Shown here piece after piece: positions 11,245 through 25,181 of a DNA stretch of 64,000 bases. The stretch spans positions 130,512,001 through 130,576,000 of the forward strand of contig CM059432.1 in assembly GCA_030390025.1 (NCBI GenBank), read 5' to 3'. Position 1 is the stretch's first letter. Each line of letters begins with the position of its first letter. The position numbers and the translations under genes were made by a program. Below the pieces are notes generated by a model. It saw only the letters and a program-made list of their open reading frames with translations. It did not search any database and had not been told where the DNA came from. The stretch comes from Squalus acanthias. Its lineage: Eukaryota.

Positions 11245-14200
11245 TGCTGCTGGGGAGGGTTTAAACTAAGTTAGCAGGGGGATAGGCACCAGGATGTAGC
11301 ATTAGAAAGGAGAAACAAAGGGCACAAAGGATCGGGACTGACGGAGAGCACTAAAGTAAGAAATAGTAAGGTGTTAGGTGGAGTCAGACTAAGAGAACAC
11401 AGGATGGTCTAAGATAGGTTTACAGTGTACGTATGTGAACGCACGAAGCATAGTAAACAAAGTTGGTGAGCTGCAGGCACAAATAGCCACATAGGAATAT
11501 GATGTCGTGGCAATAACGGAGACCTGGCTCAAAAAAGGGCAGGATTGGGTATTAAATATTCCTGGATATAAGGTGTGAAGGAAAGATAGGAGGTGGTGTG
11601 GCAGTATTTGTTAAGGAGAATGTTACAGTGCTGGAGAGGGAGGATGTCCTGGAGGGGTCAAGGACAGAATCTATATGGCTAGAGTTAAGAAATAATAGAG
11701 GTGCCATTACACTACTAGGTGTATTCTGCAGGCAACCAACGAGTGGAAAAAATATGGAGGAGCAAATCTGCAGAGAGATTACAGAAAGATGCAAGAACTA
11801 TAGAGAAATGATAATGGGGGACTTCAACTATCCTAATGTAGACTAGGATAGAAAAAGTGTAAAGGGCAGAGAGTGGGAAGAATTTCTGAAGTGTGTTCAG
11901 GAGAACTTTCTTGATCAGTATGTTTCCGGCCCAACGAGGAAGGAAGCATTGCTGGATCTGGTTCTGGGGAATGAGGTAGGTCAAGTAGAGCAAATGTCAG
12001 TCGGTGAACATTTAGGGATCAGTGTTCATAGCATCATAAGGTTTAGATTAGCTATGGAAAAGGACAGGGAGCAATCTAGAGTCAAAATAATTAATTGGAG
12101 GAAGGCCAATTTCAGTGGGATGAGAACAGATCTGGCCTGGGTAAATTGGAATCAAAGATTAGCAGGCAAAACTGTAATCGAACAATGGGCTGCTTTTAAA
12201 GAGGAAATAGTTCGGGTACAGTCAAGGTACATTCCCACCAGGGGGAAAGGTAGGGCAACTAAAGTCAGAGCTCCCTGAATGACGGAGAAGATGGAAAGTA
12301 AGATGAAGCAGCAAATGAGCGCGTATGACAGATGTCAGGTCGAGAATACATTTGAGAATCAGGCTAAATATAGAAAGTTCAGAGGAGATGTGAAAAAGGA
12401 AATGAGAGAGGCAAAGAAAAAGTATGAGAATAGAATAGCAGCTAACATAAAAGGTAATTCAAAAGTCTTCTGTAGGCATACAAATAGTAAACGGGTAGTA
12501 AGAGGAGGGGTGGGGCCGATTAGGGACCAAAAAGGAGACCGACGTATGGAGGCAGAGGGTATGGCTGAGGTGCTAAATGAGTACTTTGCATCTGTCTTCA
12601 TCAAGGAAGAAGATGCTGCCACAGACATAGTGTGAAGGAGGAGGTAGAGGAGATACGGATGGGATAAAAATTGATAAAGCGGAGGTACTAGAAGGCTGGC
12701 TTTACTTAAAGTAGGTAAGTCACCGGGACCAGTTGGGATGCATCCTAGGACGCTGAGGGAAGTGAAGGAAGAAATCACAAAAGGTACTGGCCATAATCTT
12801 CTAATCCTCCTTAGAAATGGGGGTGGTGCCAGAGGACTGAAGAATTGCAAATGTTACACCCTTGTTCAAAAAAGGGTGTAAAGATAAACCCAGCAACTAC
12901 AGGCCAGTCAGTTTAACCTCAGTAGTGGGGAAGCTTTTAGAAACAATAATCAGGGACAAAATTAACAGTCACTTGGACAAGTGTGGATTAATTAAGGAAA
13001 GTCAGCATGGATTTGTTAAAGGCAAATCGTGTTTAACCAACTTGATCGAGTTTTTTGATGAGGTAACAGATGGTTGATGAGGGCAATGCGGTTGACGTGG
13101 TGTACATGGATTTCCAAAAGGCGGTCAACAAAGTGCCATATAATAGGCTTGCCAGCAAAGTTGAAGCCCATGAAATAAAAGGGACAGTGGCAGCATGGAT
13201 ACGAAATTGGCTAAGTGACAGGAAACAGAGTAGTGCTGAACGGTTGTTTTTCGGACTGGAGGAAGGTATACTGGAGTGGTGTTCCCCAGGGGTCGGTTCT
13301 AGGACCACTGCTTTTCTTGATATATATTAATGACTTGGATGTGGGTGTACAGGGCACAATTTCAAAATTTGCAGATGACACAAAACTTGGAAGTATAGTG
13401 AACAGTGAGGAGGATAGTGATAGACTTCAAGAGGACATAGACAGGCTGGTGGAATGGGCGGACACGTGGCAGATGAAATTAAACACAGAAAAGTGCAAAG
13501 TGATACATTTTGGGAGAAAGAATGAAGAGAGGAAATATAAACTAAAGGGTACAATCCTAAAGGGGGTGCATGAACAGAGAGACCAAGGGGTACTGTATAT
13601 GTGCACAAATCGTTGAAGGTGGCAGGGCAGGTTGAGAAAGCAGTTAAAAAAGCAGACGGGATCCTGGACTTCATGAATAGAGGTATACAGTAGAAAAGCG
13701 TGGAAATTATGAAGAATCTTTATAAAACACTGTTTCGGTCTCAACTGGAGTATTGTGTTCAATTCTGGGCACCGCACTTTAGGAAGGATGTGAAGGCCTT
13801 AGGGAGGGTGCAGAAAAGATTTACGAGAATGATTCCAGGGATGGAGGACTTCAGTTACGTGGATAGACTGAAGAAGCTGGTGTTGTTTTCCTTAGAGCAG
13901 AGAAGGTTGAGAGGAGATTTGACAGAGGTGTTCAAAAGCATGAGGTGTCTGGACAGAGTAGATAGAGAGAAACTGTTCCCATTGGCAGAAGGGTCGAGAA
14001 TAGAGGACATAGATTTAAGGTGACTGGCAGAAGAACCAAAGGCGACATGAGGAAAAACTTTTTTACGCAGCGAGTGGTTAGGATCTAGAATTCACTGCCT
14101 GAAAGGGTGGTGGAGGCAGACTCAATCACGGCTTTCAAAAGGGAGTTGGATAAGTACCTGAAGGAAAAAAATTTGCAGGGCTACGAGGAAAGGGCGGGGG

Positions 14201-15389
14201 AGTGGGACTAGCTGAAGTGCTCTTGCAGAAAGCCAGCACGGGCTCGACGGGCTGAATGGCCTCCTTCTGTGCTGTAACCATTCTATAATTCTATAACTGA
14301 GAACGAACTGAAGAGAGATAGTATTTACAAACTTTCAGAAATGCTTGGCTACTTTGCACACAAGAAACCTTAAAGAGTATGTAATGCTTTCTGACTGAAA
14401 ATAACTCCACAGTACTGATGGAAACTGACCTGTAAATCAACCTGTTATTTATTAATAGCTGAAATGTCACATTATACTCAATAATTTCAGATGAAACACA
14501 GTTCTTGTGCAATACCCAATCCCAAGGGGGCCCTTGGGACAAGCGACATAAACATCATTTTGAAACTGACAAGTTTTAGTTTTACTCAAAGACTAAAGCA
14601 ATAAATGAAGCTTGCTTTAGTCTGGCGAGCTTGTCACATTCTGACGGAATATTAATAACACCAGCTTGTAAATGGACTATCTTGAACGTATATCACTTAG
14701 AGAAATCATCATATACAATATCACTCACTATAAATTACTATTCTAGGTTAAAACTCAAATGTATAACACACTTCTGTTTAATAGAAATAGATTGTTTTAC
14801 TGTTGCCTTGTGAAGGTTTTGAGAGCTTCTGTCACATTCCACACTGCATAAAACATCAGAAATCACAACTGAACAATCTTTTTAAAAAAAAGTTTTTTAA
14901 ACGAGAAAAACATCAACAACAAGAACAAGAGAAAATGCTTGAAATACATATCTGATCAGTCAGCATCTGAAAAAGAACTGTTCTGACAAAGGTCCCCACC
15001 AGAAACTTGAACCCATTTTTCACTTTCAGATATGTCTGACCTGCTGTGCATTTCCTCTTTTTTTTAAAATTTCAGGTCCCCAGTATTCACAGGTTTTCCT
15101 TTTTATTTATAATAATCACATCATCTGCCGAGTGGCATCTTCAAATTGCAATGATAAAGGCATTGGAGGAATGACCTTCAAGTTTGAGGGTGATACAAAG
15201 ACATGTACAGGTATGAGTACTTAGATGAGAAAAATAGGTTGCCGGCAAATTCAGGGGCAGTGGAGGAATGGGCCCCATGTCTGGCAGATGTCTTTTAACA
15301 ATGGCCTGGAACGTGCATCAAGAATACCGATGCGGCACCGTTCCTTCGCCGCTGACCTGCAAAATCCGGGCAATAGTTAAGTTCAAAGT

Positions 15390-16180
15390 GATGCATTTGT
15401 GCAGGATTGCACATTCAAGGCGCCTGAGCAGGAAAAGGACCTGGGAGTTATAGTTCACGAGTCACAAGTGACCAATGTCACGAGGCTGTTGCAAAAGCAA
15501 ATAGGGTGCTAGGATTTACAGCTAGAACAATTAAATATAAAACTAAAAATACGATCGTAATCTTCTACAAAGCCTTGCTCTGACCGTATCTGGAATACTG
15601 GGTCCAGTTATGGTCCCTTCACGTGTTCGGGGATAAAAAGTTTCAGAGAAGGAATACTTGACAGACACTGAGTTTAAGGGCCCATAGTTATTATGCTTGG
15701 GACATGCTCAGAGACTTTTTTACCATGGAAAAACAGACTTTGAGGGGATATGACTGAGGTCTTTAAATGTATGAAGGGATTGGATTCTGTCCAAGTGGAT
15801 AGGTTACTTGAGTAGGATATGATGTGGAGATGCCGGCGTTGGACTGGGGTGGACAAAAATGAGAAGTCGCACAACCTGGTGTTGTGCGACTTCTCATTTT
15901 TGAGTAGGATAGGCATTTATAAAGCCATGGATCCCGTATGCCTTTTTAACAGCCTTCTCAACTTGTCATGCCAGCTTCAAAGACTTGTATACGTACACCC
16001 CTGGTCTCTATGTTTCTGCACCTCCTTTAAAATTGTACCATTTAGTTTATATTGCCTCTTCTCATTCTTCCTACCAAAATGAATCACCTCACACTCCTCT
16101 GCATTAAATTTCATCTGCCCTGTGTCTGCCTATGTCCTCCTGAGGTCTGTTACTATCCTCCTCACAATTTACTACATTGT
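15390..16180. mobile_element. Old CR1 fragments (+ strand about 15390-15810, - strand about 15915-16180)
   Basis: Degenerate RPYLEYWVQLWSP-type coding sequence, and similarity to 13430-13690. Confidence 0.65.
15820..15899. mobile_element. Miniature inverted PLE-A pseudo-LTR insertion (about 80 bp)
   Basis: Its ends are essentially identical to the outer ends of the 28219-33991 element. Flanked by TTGAGTAGGATA at 15808-15819 and 15900-15911. Confidence 0.85.
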
Positions 16181-16544
16181 ACTTCAATATCAAGACAGAT
16201 GTGATATGTCAAACCTTTACAACACAAGCTTGCATATAGTGTAGGTTACGTAAAATGCCTTCACTATACTGTGCAATCGTGGCACTGTACAATTAAAATA
16301 ATTTTTTTTCCTGTGCAGACCTCTCATTTTAGTTATTTACTATATTTGCAGTATTTGCTTAGGATGCAAGTACTTTATTTTGTTATTCTTTCTAGCACCT
16401 TTAACAGACAATCATTCATCATGGTCTGACTCTGGCTGACTGGCTGCTCAGCATCAAAGCGTCTGGTAAACAGCCCTCTCCAGGTCCAGCATAAACAAGG
16501 ATCCTCCTCAACACCAGCAAACATCGTTAGCTCAGATTTTGAAT

Positions 16545-18005
16545 TTAGAAACACAGAAAAATAGGAGCAGGAGTAGGCCATTCGGCCATTTGAGCCTGCT
16601 CCATCATTCAATATGATCATGGCTGATCCTCTATCTCAATATCATATTCCCGCTCTCTCCCCATACCTCTTGATGCCTTTTGTGTCTAGAAATCTATCTA
16701 TCTCTTTCTTAAATATATTCAGGGACTTGGCCTCCACAGCCTTCTGTGGTAGAGAATTCCACAGGTTCACCACCCTCTGAGTGAAGAAATTTCTCCTCAT
16801 CTCAGTCCTAAATGTCCTACCCCGTATCCTGAGACTGTGACCCCTTGTTCTAGACCCCCCTCCCCCAGCCAGGGGAAACATCCTCCCTGCATCCAGTCTG
16901 TTTAGCCTGTCAGAATTTTATACGTTTCAATGAAATCCCCTCTCATTCTTCTAAACTCTAGTGAATACAGGCCTAGTCGACCCAATCTCTCCTCATACGA
17001 CAGTCCTGCCATCCCAGGAATCAGTCTGGTGAACCTTCGCTGCTCTCCCTCTATGGCAAGTATATCCTTTCTTAGGTAAGGAGACCAAAACTGCACACAG
17101 TACTCTAGGTGTGGTCTCACCAAGGCCCTGTATAACTGTAGTAAGACATCCTTGCTCCTGTACTCAAATCCTCTTGCAATGAAGGCCAACATACCATGTG
17201 CCTTCCTAACTGCTTGCTGCACCTGCATGTTTGCTTTCAGTGACCGGTGTACAAGGACATCTCGATCCCTTTGCACATCAACATTTCCCAATCTATCACC
17301 ATTTAAATAATACTCTGCCTTTCTGTTTTTCCTACCGAAGTGGATAACTTCACATTTATCCATGTTATACTGCATCTGCCATGTTTTTGCCCACTCACTC
17401 AACTTGTCTAAATCGCCTTGAAGCCTCTTTGCATCTTCCTCACAACTCACAATCCCACCTAGTTTCGTGTCGTCAGCAAACTTGCAAATATTACATTTGG
17501 TTCCCTCATCCAAATCATTGATATATAGTGAATAGCTGGGGCCCAAGGACTGATCCTGCGGCACCCCACTAGTCACCGCCTGCCACCCCAAAAAAGACCC
17601 ATTTATTCCTACTCTGTTTCCTGTCTGTTAACCAATTTTCAATCCATGCCAGTATATTACCCCCAATCCCATGTGCTTTAATTTTGCACACTAACCTCTT
17701 ATGTGGGACTTTATCAAAGGCCTTCTGAAAATCCAAATACACCACATCCACTGGTTCTCCCTTATCTATTCTACCAGTTACAACCTCAAAAACCTCCAGT
17801 AGGTTTGTCAAACACGATTTCCCTTTCATAAATCCATGCTGACTTTGTCTAATCCCGTTGATATTTTTTAAGTGTCCTGTTATCACATCCTTTATAATAG
17901 ACTCTAGCATTTTCCCTACTACTGATGTTAGGCTAACCGGTCTGTCGTTCCCTGTTTTCTCTCTCCCTCCTTTTTTAAATAGTGGGTTACATTTGCCACC
18001 TTCTA
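16545..18005 (-). mobile_element. 5'-truncated CR1 LINE
   Basis: RT ORFs at 17569-18132 and 16902-17591 ([25 protein letters not shown]), plus CR1 3' UTR. Confidence 0.92.
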
Positions 18006-18359
18006 ATCTGCAGGAATATTTAACAGTATCAATGCTGATTTTTGATATTTTTTCCATCATATTTGTACATTTTCTGCCTGGTCGCTGTGGTGCACTCACT
18101 GTAGCTTCATAGGAGAGTGGTGAAAACTGCAACTCCCATTATGCATCTCTCTCTCAGATTTTGTCAATCAGAGATGCACTATCCTTTTCTGCATGTATCA
18201 TGAGTTTTCACAATGCATACTGGGTAATGTAGTTCCACAGAAGAGAAGGAAACTACAATTCCCATGATGCATCACACACACATGCACTAAAACTGCCCAC
18301 CCAAGTTGAAGAATCCAAACTCTAGGAACACAGTTACAAAGTATTACAAAGTATTTACA

Positions 18360-20346
18360 GCACAGAAACAGAAGCTCCATGTGTCCCCTCCCACCCCTCT
18401 TCCTCTAACCCTATCAACATATCAATAGCAAAATACTGCGGATGCTGGAAATCTGAACTAACAACAGAAAATGCTGGAAACACTCAGCAGGTCAGGCAGC
18501 ATCCATGGAGGGAGAAAAGGGAAACGTTAACTTTGTTTCTCTCTCCACGGATGCTGCCTGATCTGCTGAGTGTTTCCAGCATTTTCTGTTGTTATTTCCT
18601 ATCAACATATCATTTCATTCCTTTCTCGCTCTTGTGCTTCCCCTTGAATCCATCTATCCTATTCGCTTCAACTACTCCCTGCTGTAGAGAGTTCCACTTT
18701 CTTACCACTCTTTGGGTAAATAAGTTTCGCCTGAACTCCCTATTGGATTTATTAGTAACTATCTTATATTTATGGCACCTCATGTGCAAGTGGAAACACC
18801 TTCACTACATCAACCCTATCAAATCTTAAAGACCTCTATCAGGTCACCCCTCAGTCTTCTCTTTTCTAGAGGAAAGAGCCCCAGTCTATTCAATCTTTCA
18901 TGATAGGTATAACCTTTCAGTTTTGGTATCATCCTTTTTAGAATATGGAGACCAGAACTGTTTACAGTACTCCAAGTGTGGTCTAACCAAGGTTCTATAC
19001 AGGTTTAACATAACATCTCTGCTCTGCTTCTATCCCTCTACAAATGAACCCCAGCGCTTGATTTGCTTTTTTAAAATGGCCTTGCTACTTTTAATGATTT
19101 ATGTATCTGTACCCTATGATGACTTTGCTTCTCTACCCCATTTAGACACTTATTATCCAAGCAATATGTAGCCTCCTTATTCTTCCTATCAAAATGCACT
19201 ACCACATACTTAACTATATTGAAATTCATTTGCCAATTACACGCCCATTCTGCAAGTTTAGTAATGTTTTCTTGTATTATTTTGTCACATTCTTCCTCGG
19301 TATTAGCTATACCACCCCCCCCCCCCCCAATTTGGTGTTGTCCGCAAATTTTGAAATTGTACTTCAGATTCGAGTCCAAATCGTTAATGTAAATTTGTGA
19401 ACTACAGTGGTCCCAGCACCGATCCCTGTGGAACACCACTTCCCACCTTTTGCCAGTCTGAGTAGCTACCCTTAACCGCTGCTACTCAGTTTTCTGTTTT
19501 GTAGCCAGCTTGCTATCCATTCTACTACCTGTGCCCTGACTACACATGATCTGACTTTAGTCATGGGTCTATTATCGAAGGCCTTTTGCAAATCCAAATA
19601 TATTACATCTACTACATCACCCTTGTCTCTTTCTGTTACTTCAAAGAATTCAATAAGGTTGGTCAAGCGTGACCTTCCCTTTTGAAATCCGTGCTGACTA
19701 CTCGATATTATATTTTCAGCTTTGAGTAAATATTCCATTATCTTTCCCATCACTGATGTTAAGCTAACTGGTCTATAAGTTCCTTGGACTTGTTCTTTCT
19801 CCATTTTTAAATATAGGAATAACATTAGCTGTCCGCCAGTCCTCTGACACTATTCCCTTTTCTAAATTAATTTTTGTATATATGTAATAGTGCCTCTGCC
19901 ATCTCTTTCCTAACTTCTTTTAATATGCGTGGATACAGTCCATCCAGACAAGGAGTTTTATCCCCTTTTTTTTCCTGGCACTTATTAACATGCATCGCTA
20001 CTTTTAGTGATCTGTCTATCTGTACCCCCATATCCCTCTGATCCTCCGCCCCATTTAGTCACTTATTTTCCAAAGAGTATGTGGCCTTCTTATTCCTCCT
20101 ACCAATATGTATTACCTCGCACTTATCTGTATTGAAGTTCATCTGTCAATTACGCGCCATTCTGCAACTTTGTTAATGTCTTCCTGTATTTTGTCGCAGT
20201 CATTCTCTGTATTAACTAAACCCCCCAATTTGGTGTCATCCGCAAATTTTGCAATTGTATTTTCGATTCCCGAGTCCAAATCGTTTATGTAAATGGTGAA
20301 CAGCAGTAGTCCCGGCACCGATCTTTGTGGAACACCACTTCCCACC
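18360..20346 (-). mobile_element. Decayed CR1 fragments (two adjacent pieces)
   Basis: TYRPVSLTSVMGK, SQHGFQKGRS, GVPQRSVPGLLLFTIYINDLD and AKFADDTKLGG. Confidence 0.85.
18425..18597. mobile_element. Inverted PLE-B pseudo-LTR hairpin insertion
   Basis: Two inverted pseudo-LTR pieces. CCTATCAACATATCA duplicated at 18410-18424 and 18598-18612. Confidence 0.85.
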
Positions 20347-21423
20347 CTGGGACATCGGAGGCTAAATTTAGCATCCCATTGCTGCCTTGGCTGAAATGAG
20401 CTAACTCAGCACTGACCAGGAACTCTGATCTGTGCTGAGTTAGATGCTCTCAGCCAAGGCAGCAGTTGGTTCATTACACAGGGCTCAGAATCTCTGGGTT
20501 ATGGAATTGAACTCAAAACCTAGTTCTAAAAGAGAGCACGAGTTCTAAAGGGTTCCATGGCTGGATCCATACGGGGGAAACTTTTTGCAAGCATAACTAG
20601 CATCCAAGACCAACTTGAAGCTAAGTTTAGTTGGAGGGGTCATAATTTTAATGTATTCATTATGGTACATAAATGTAATTTTTAAGTGTATGTACTACAG
20701 TGTATATGAGGGGAAAACATGGCCACTCTAAAGATCTGAAGAAAATTGTTTGACAATTTTTATTGGTCACTTTTGTGAAAATAAATCAGAAATTTACTTG
20801 AATGGTTTTGTGGCTGTTGTTGATTGATAATTGATGGGATTTTTCCCACTTGTCTGGAACTGGGTTTTGATTGGGTGAAATATTCCAATCACTATGGTTA
20901 ACTTAACAGACAATGGTGGTTTGAGCCAATCACAATTTTTTTTACCCTACGGACACATAAGAGGTGTGACATCTTTGAAGTGTAATGCCACAGACATACT
21001 AGATGCAAGTATTTTAATTAGATAAATATATAGATTGATGTGGCACTCGAAGAAATAAAGACCATATCAAACAGGAGCAGTTAGAGATCTTGATAGTTTT
21101 ATCGTAATTTATAAATCATTACCTCAATGCAGATGTCTCAGGCTCATTTGCATTCATTTTTAATACATTGTGTAATAATTCATTACCACGCAACTTTAAT
21201 CAGGGGAGGAGGGGTTTCCACCTGCACTGAAGTTTAGCTTTGCTCCAGCCCCGAAGATGATTTATTTTTAAAAAGATAAAATTAAATAGAAAAGAAAAAT
21301 GCATTAAACAAAATTGTAATCTTCACAAAAAGAGAGTTTGGTGCAAATTCCGGGAGTTAACACTTTAAAATGAAGATGGGTTTATGCTTTTGAAGCAAAC
21401 ATAACACCACACTGACCCCAATA

Positions 21424-21878
21424 TGTGTCAGTTGTGGCTCAGTGGCTGCTCTCTCACCCGAGTCAGAAGGTTGTGGGTCCCACTCCAGAGACTTCAGCAC
21501 ATAATCCAAGTTAACATTCCAGTGCAGTGCTGAAGGAGTACTGCACTATTGGAAGTGCCACCTTTCGGATGAGATGTTAAACTGAGGTCCCATCTGGCCT
21601 CTCAGGTGGACGTAAAAGATCCCATGGCACTATTTCAAAGAAGAGCAGGGGAGTTCTCCCCAGTATCCTGGCCAATACTTTTCCCTCAACCAACATCACT
21701 AATACAGATTATATGGTCATTATCACACTGCTGTTTGTGGGACCTTACTGTGCACAAATTCGTTGCCGCGTTTCCTACATTACAACAGTGATTACAAAGT
21801 ACTACATTGGCTGTAAAGCACTTAGGAGGTCCTGAGATCGTAAAAGGTGCTACATAAATGCAAGTCTTCCTTTTTTTC
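21424..21878 (+). mobile_element. DeuSINE (SacSINE1-like) tRNA-derived SINE
   Basis: tRNA-like head. Deu-domain sequence GATCCCATGGCACTATTTC...GAAGAGCAGGGGAGTT. Tail AAAGGTGCTACATAAATGCAAG. Confidence 0.8.
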
Positions 21879-22597
21879 TTTAGTAAAGAACCCACTCACT
21901 GTGAATCCAATGATTATGGAAGGGGAGTGTGGAAGCAGAATTAAACAACTTTTATCATATTGGCACTTTTAAATATATATGATTTGTTGCTCTGCACTGT
22001 CACATTATTTAAAAGACCAAGTGCATGACTTACAAACAGTTTTCAGGCAATGCAGTGAGCAAATGAAAGGGGTTATGTTGTTCAGTGAATAATGTAAAAA
22101 ATGATAGCTGTCAGAATCTCCATGGGTTTTTGAACAGAACATATTTACCCGTCTCCTCTAAAAGTAACTTTCCATCCCAACTGTATCAGAATGCAATAAA
22201 ATTAAAAATTTGCTTTATAAAAAAAACACAATGCTCTCGGCGCATCAAGACAACTGATGTCAATAGTGAGGAATGAGGCTAATCTCACCTTCTGTCTCAA
22301 GTGTCTGCCTCAACATCTCAAGTGCAGCAAAGGATTATACTTCATCTATACTAAAGCTCAATGCCACAATCGGGGCTCAATAATTGAATCCTCAGAGGTG
22401 AAACGAACACAGCTGTCCCAATTGGACTGCTGAATAGCTCCATGATCAGATTTTAACTGCCGGCTCACAATCACCATCACGGTCAGTAATCAGATTTTTT
22501 TCACAATTATTACCACTCAAATTCTGAATATATTTCGGAAGGCGAAATAGATTTTGAACTGCAGATCATATAAATCATTGACAATACTGCCCCCTAA

Positions 22598-23066
22598 TGT
22601 GTCAGCCGTGGCTCAGTTGGGAGCACACTTGCCTCTGAGTCAGAAGGTTGTGGGTTCAAGTCCCACTCCAGGGACTTGAGCACAGAACGCTAGGCTGACA
22701 CTCCAGTGCAGTGCTGAGGGAGTGCTGTACTGTTGGAGGTGCCGTCTTTCGGATGAGACATTAAACCGAGGCCCCGTCTGCTCTTTCAGGTCGACGTAAA
22801 AGATCCCATGGCACTATTTCGAAGAAGAGCAGGGGAGTTATCCCCGGTGTCCTAGTCAATATTTATCCCTCAATCAACATAACAAACAGATTATCTGGTC
22901 ATTATCACATTGCTGTTTGTGGGAGCTTGCTGTGCGCAAATTGGCTGCCGCGTTTCCCACATTACAACAACAGTGACTACACTTCAAAAGTACCTCAATG
23001 GCTGTAAAGCGCTTTGAGATGTCCGGTGGTCGTGAAAGGCGCTATATAAATGCTAGTTTCTTTTTT
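22598..23066 (+). mobile_element. DeuSINE (SacSINE1-like), full length
   Basis: A box GTGGCTCAGTTGG, B box GGTTCAAGTCC, Deu domain and AAAGGCGCTATATAAATGC tail. Confidence 0.85.
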
Positions 23067-23404
23067 TATATAACAGTAATAACTAAAGCACAGCAAATCC
23101 ACATACAGATTAAAACAGCATTGGGAGGACAGAAGGAAGTTCCAAGTCTGCTGCTAGTGTACACTGGGTTATGTAACATACATAATCCAAACTGGCAGTA
23201 GCATTAGACTTATTCCAAAAAGGGGGCTGGTTCAGAATAGTACCAATTCTGAACTCAGTTTTGACGTGTTTCCAGTTGAAGAGCCCATATTCATCTTAAA
23301 ATCTGCCCATAGTTTACTGTTACTGATAGGGTAATTTGGATACAGCATAACCATGAGGCTTCCTGGACAGTGCACAACACCATTTGAGCAGCACCCTTAA
23401 CTGC

Positions 23405-23437
23405 TGGGGGGGGGGGGGGGGGGGGGGGGGGCGGGGC
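23405..23437. repeat. Poly-G tract
   Basis: A run of about 27 G followed by CGGGG. Confidence 0.9.
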
Positions 23438-23499
23438 AGGTGCAAAGTTTAAATCCATGCTTCCATTAATTTGCATATGTCTCAATTTGCAAAGAACAG

Positions 23500-24032
23500 C
23501 AGATCATAAAATCATCGAATTTTACAGCAAAGGAGGCGGCCAGTTGGCCCATCATGCCCGTGCCAGCTCTTTCAAAGAGCTATCCAATTAGTCCCACTCC
23601 CCTGCCTTGCAAATTTTTCCTTTTCAAATATTTATCCAATTCCCTTTTGAAAGTTACTACTCAATCTGCTTCCACCACTATTTCAGGCAGTGCATTCCAG
23701 ATCGTAACAGCTCACCGTGTAAAAACATTTCTCATCTTGCTTCTGGCTCTTTTGCCAATTACCTTAAATCTGTGTCCTCTGGTTACCGACCCTCATGCCA
23801 CTGGAAACAGTTTCTCCTTACTTACTCTATCAAAACTCTTCATAATTTTGAACACCTCTTTTAAATCTCCCTTTAACCTTCTCTGCTCTAAGAACAATAC
23901 CAGCTTCTTTAGTCTTTCCACATAACTGAAGTCCCTCATTCCTCATACCATTCTAGTAAATCTCTTCCGCACTCTCTCCAAAGCCTTGACATCCTTCCTA
24001 AAGTGTGGTTCCCACAATTGGACACAATACTC
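23500..24032 (-). mobile_element. CR1 3' fragment
   Basis: Reverse complement resembles 13745-14290. Confidence 0.8.
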
Positions 24033-24745
24033 TAGATCTTGGTGTTCTGATTTAGGAATGAGGCAAAAACACCAAATGCACACCAAACCTTGAGACTCAC
24101 AAAACTGAAACAAGACAAACCAAAAAACAAGAAGTATAAATGCATATAGGACTGAGTAGCTTCGGCTTCGAGGTCTGGTTTGTCAAGGCTCAAGGGCTGC
24201 ATGTGGCCCATGGATACCACTGCAGTTTAGACATTCGCACCTAATGCACCAGAGTACACTCTCCACTTCTAATAGGAACCACCCATGTGGCATCTGACCA
24301 ATCAACTGGTTCTGAATTCCAGGCAGTTTGAAGTGGTTGACAGGTGTGTGTTACAAGGTGGGTTGCAACTGTCCTTATTCATTCTCTCAGGAGCCAAAGA
24401 GAGTAGACTTTCATTCCATTAGTTTACTCCCAGAGGTAAAGAAACAGCATCCGAATTGTTAGAGATTATGATCGCAAGCTAGCAAAGGAATCCATTTCGT
24501 ACGAAAAGGTTCCATTTAAATTAGGTTCAATTTTATATCAAGCTCTATAGTTAAAAAGATAAAACTAAAAACCTGCAATTGTAGCTGACAGGCAAGTCAA
24601 CAACTGTAGAAAGTCAACAAATCTGTAAGGCTGTAACTGCTGTCATATAAAATAGCCTTGGATAGTTCTAATCTAATGTATACATCTATATGTTTATTAA
24701 TTTCTGTACATCTTAAGATATGTTATGTCTTGAGACCGTACTTGA

Positions 24746-25181
24746 GGGCAACACGGTGGCATAGTGGTTAGCACTGGTGCCTCACAGCGCCAGAGACCCG
24801 GGTTCGAATCTGACCTCGGGTGACTGTCTGTGTGGAGTTTGCACATTCTCCCCGTGTCTGCGTGGGTTTCCTCCGGGTGCTCCGGTTTCCTCCCACAGTC
24901 CAAAAATGTGTGGGTTAGGTTGATTTGGCTATGATAAATTGACCTTAGTGTTAGGGGGGATTAAATATGTGGGGTTATGGGGATAGGATGGGATATGTTA
25001 GGGGGAATTAAATACGTGGGGTTACGGGGGTAGGGTGGGATATGTGTACTGTGGGGATTAAAGCAGGGACAGGGTACTGGATTTGGATGATCAGCCATGA
25101 TCGTATTGAATGGCGGAGCAGGCTCGACGGGCCGAATGGCCTACTCCTGCTCCTAGATTCTATGTTTCTATGTTTCTATGT
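24746..25181 (+). mobile_element. HE1-type V-SINE (elasmobranch)
   Basis: tRNA head GGTGGCATAGTGGTTAGCACTG...GGTTCGAATC. V domain CTGTGTGGAGTTTGCACATTCTCCCCGTGTCTGCGTGGGTTTCCTCCGGGTGCTCCGG. CR1-derived tail with TTCTATGT repeats. Confidence 0.85.

Larger units (their letters stand above)
9059..14295 (+). mobile_element. Near full-length CR1 LINE (5' UTR, ORF1, disrupted APE-RT ORF2, ATTCTAT tail)
   Basis: ORF1 at 10330-11244. APE motifs (IMGDFNYPNVD, LDLVLGNE) and RT motifs (NYRPVSLTS, GVPQGSVLGP, SKFADDTK) are split by stops and frameshifts. Confidence 0.92.

Noticed and set aside
23405..23437. Poly-G tract as a functional G-quadruplex or polyproline ORF
   Set aside because: Simple homopolymer of unreliable length with no supporting context.
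22598..24830. tRNA genes at about 22605 and 24750
   Set aside because: The A and B boxes continue directly into Deu or V domains, so these are SINE heads.
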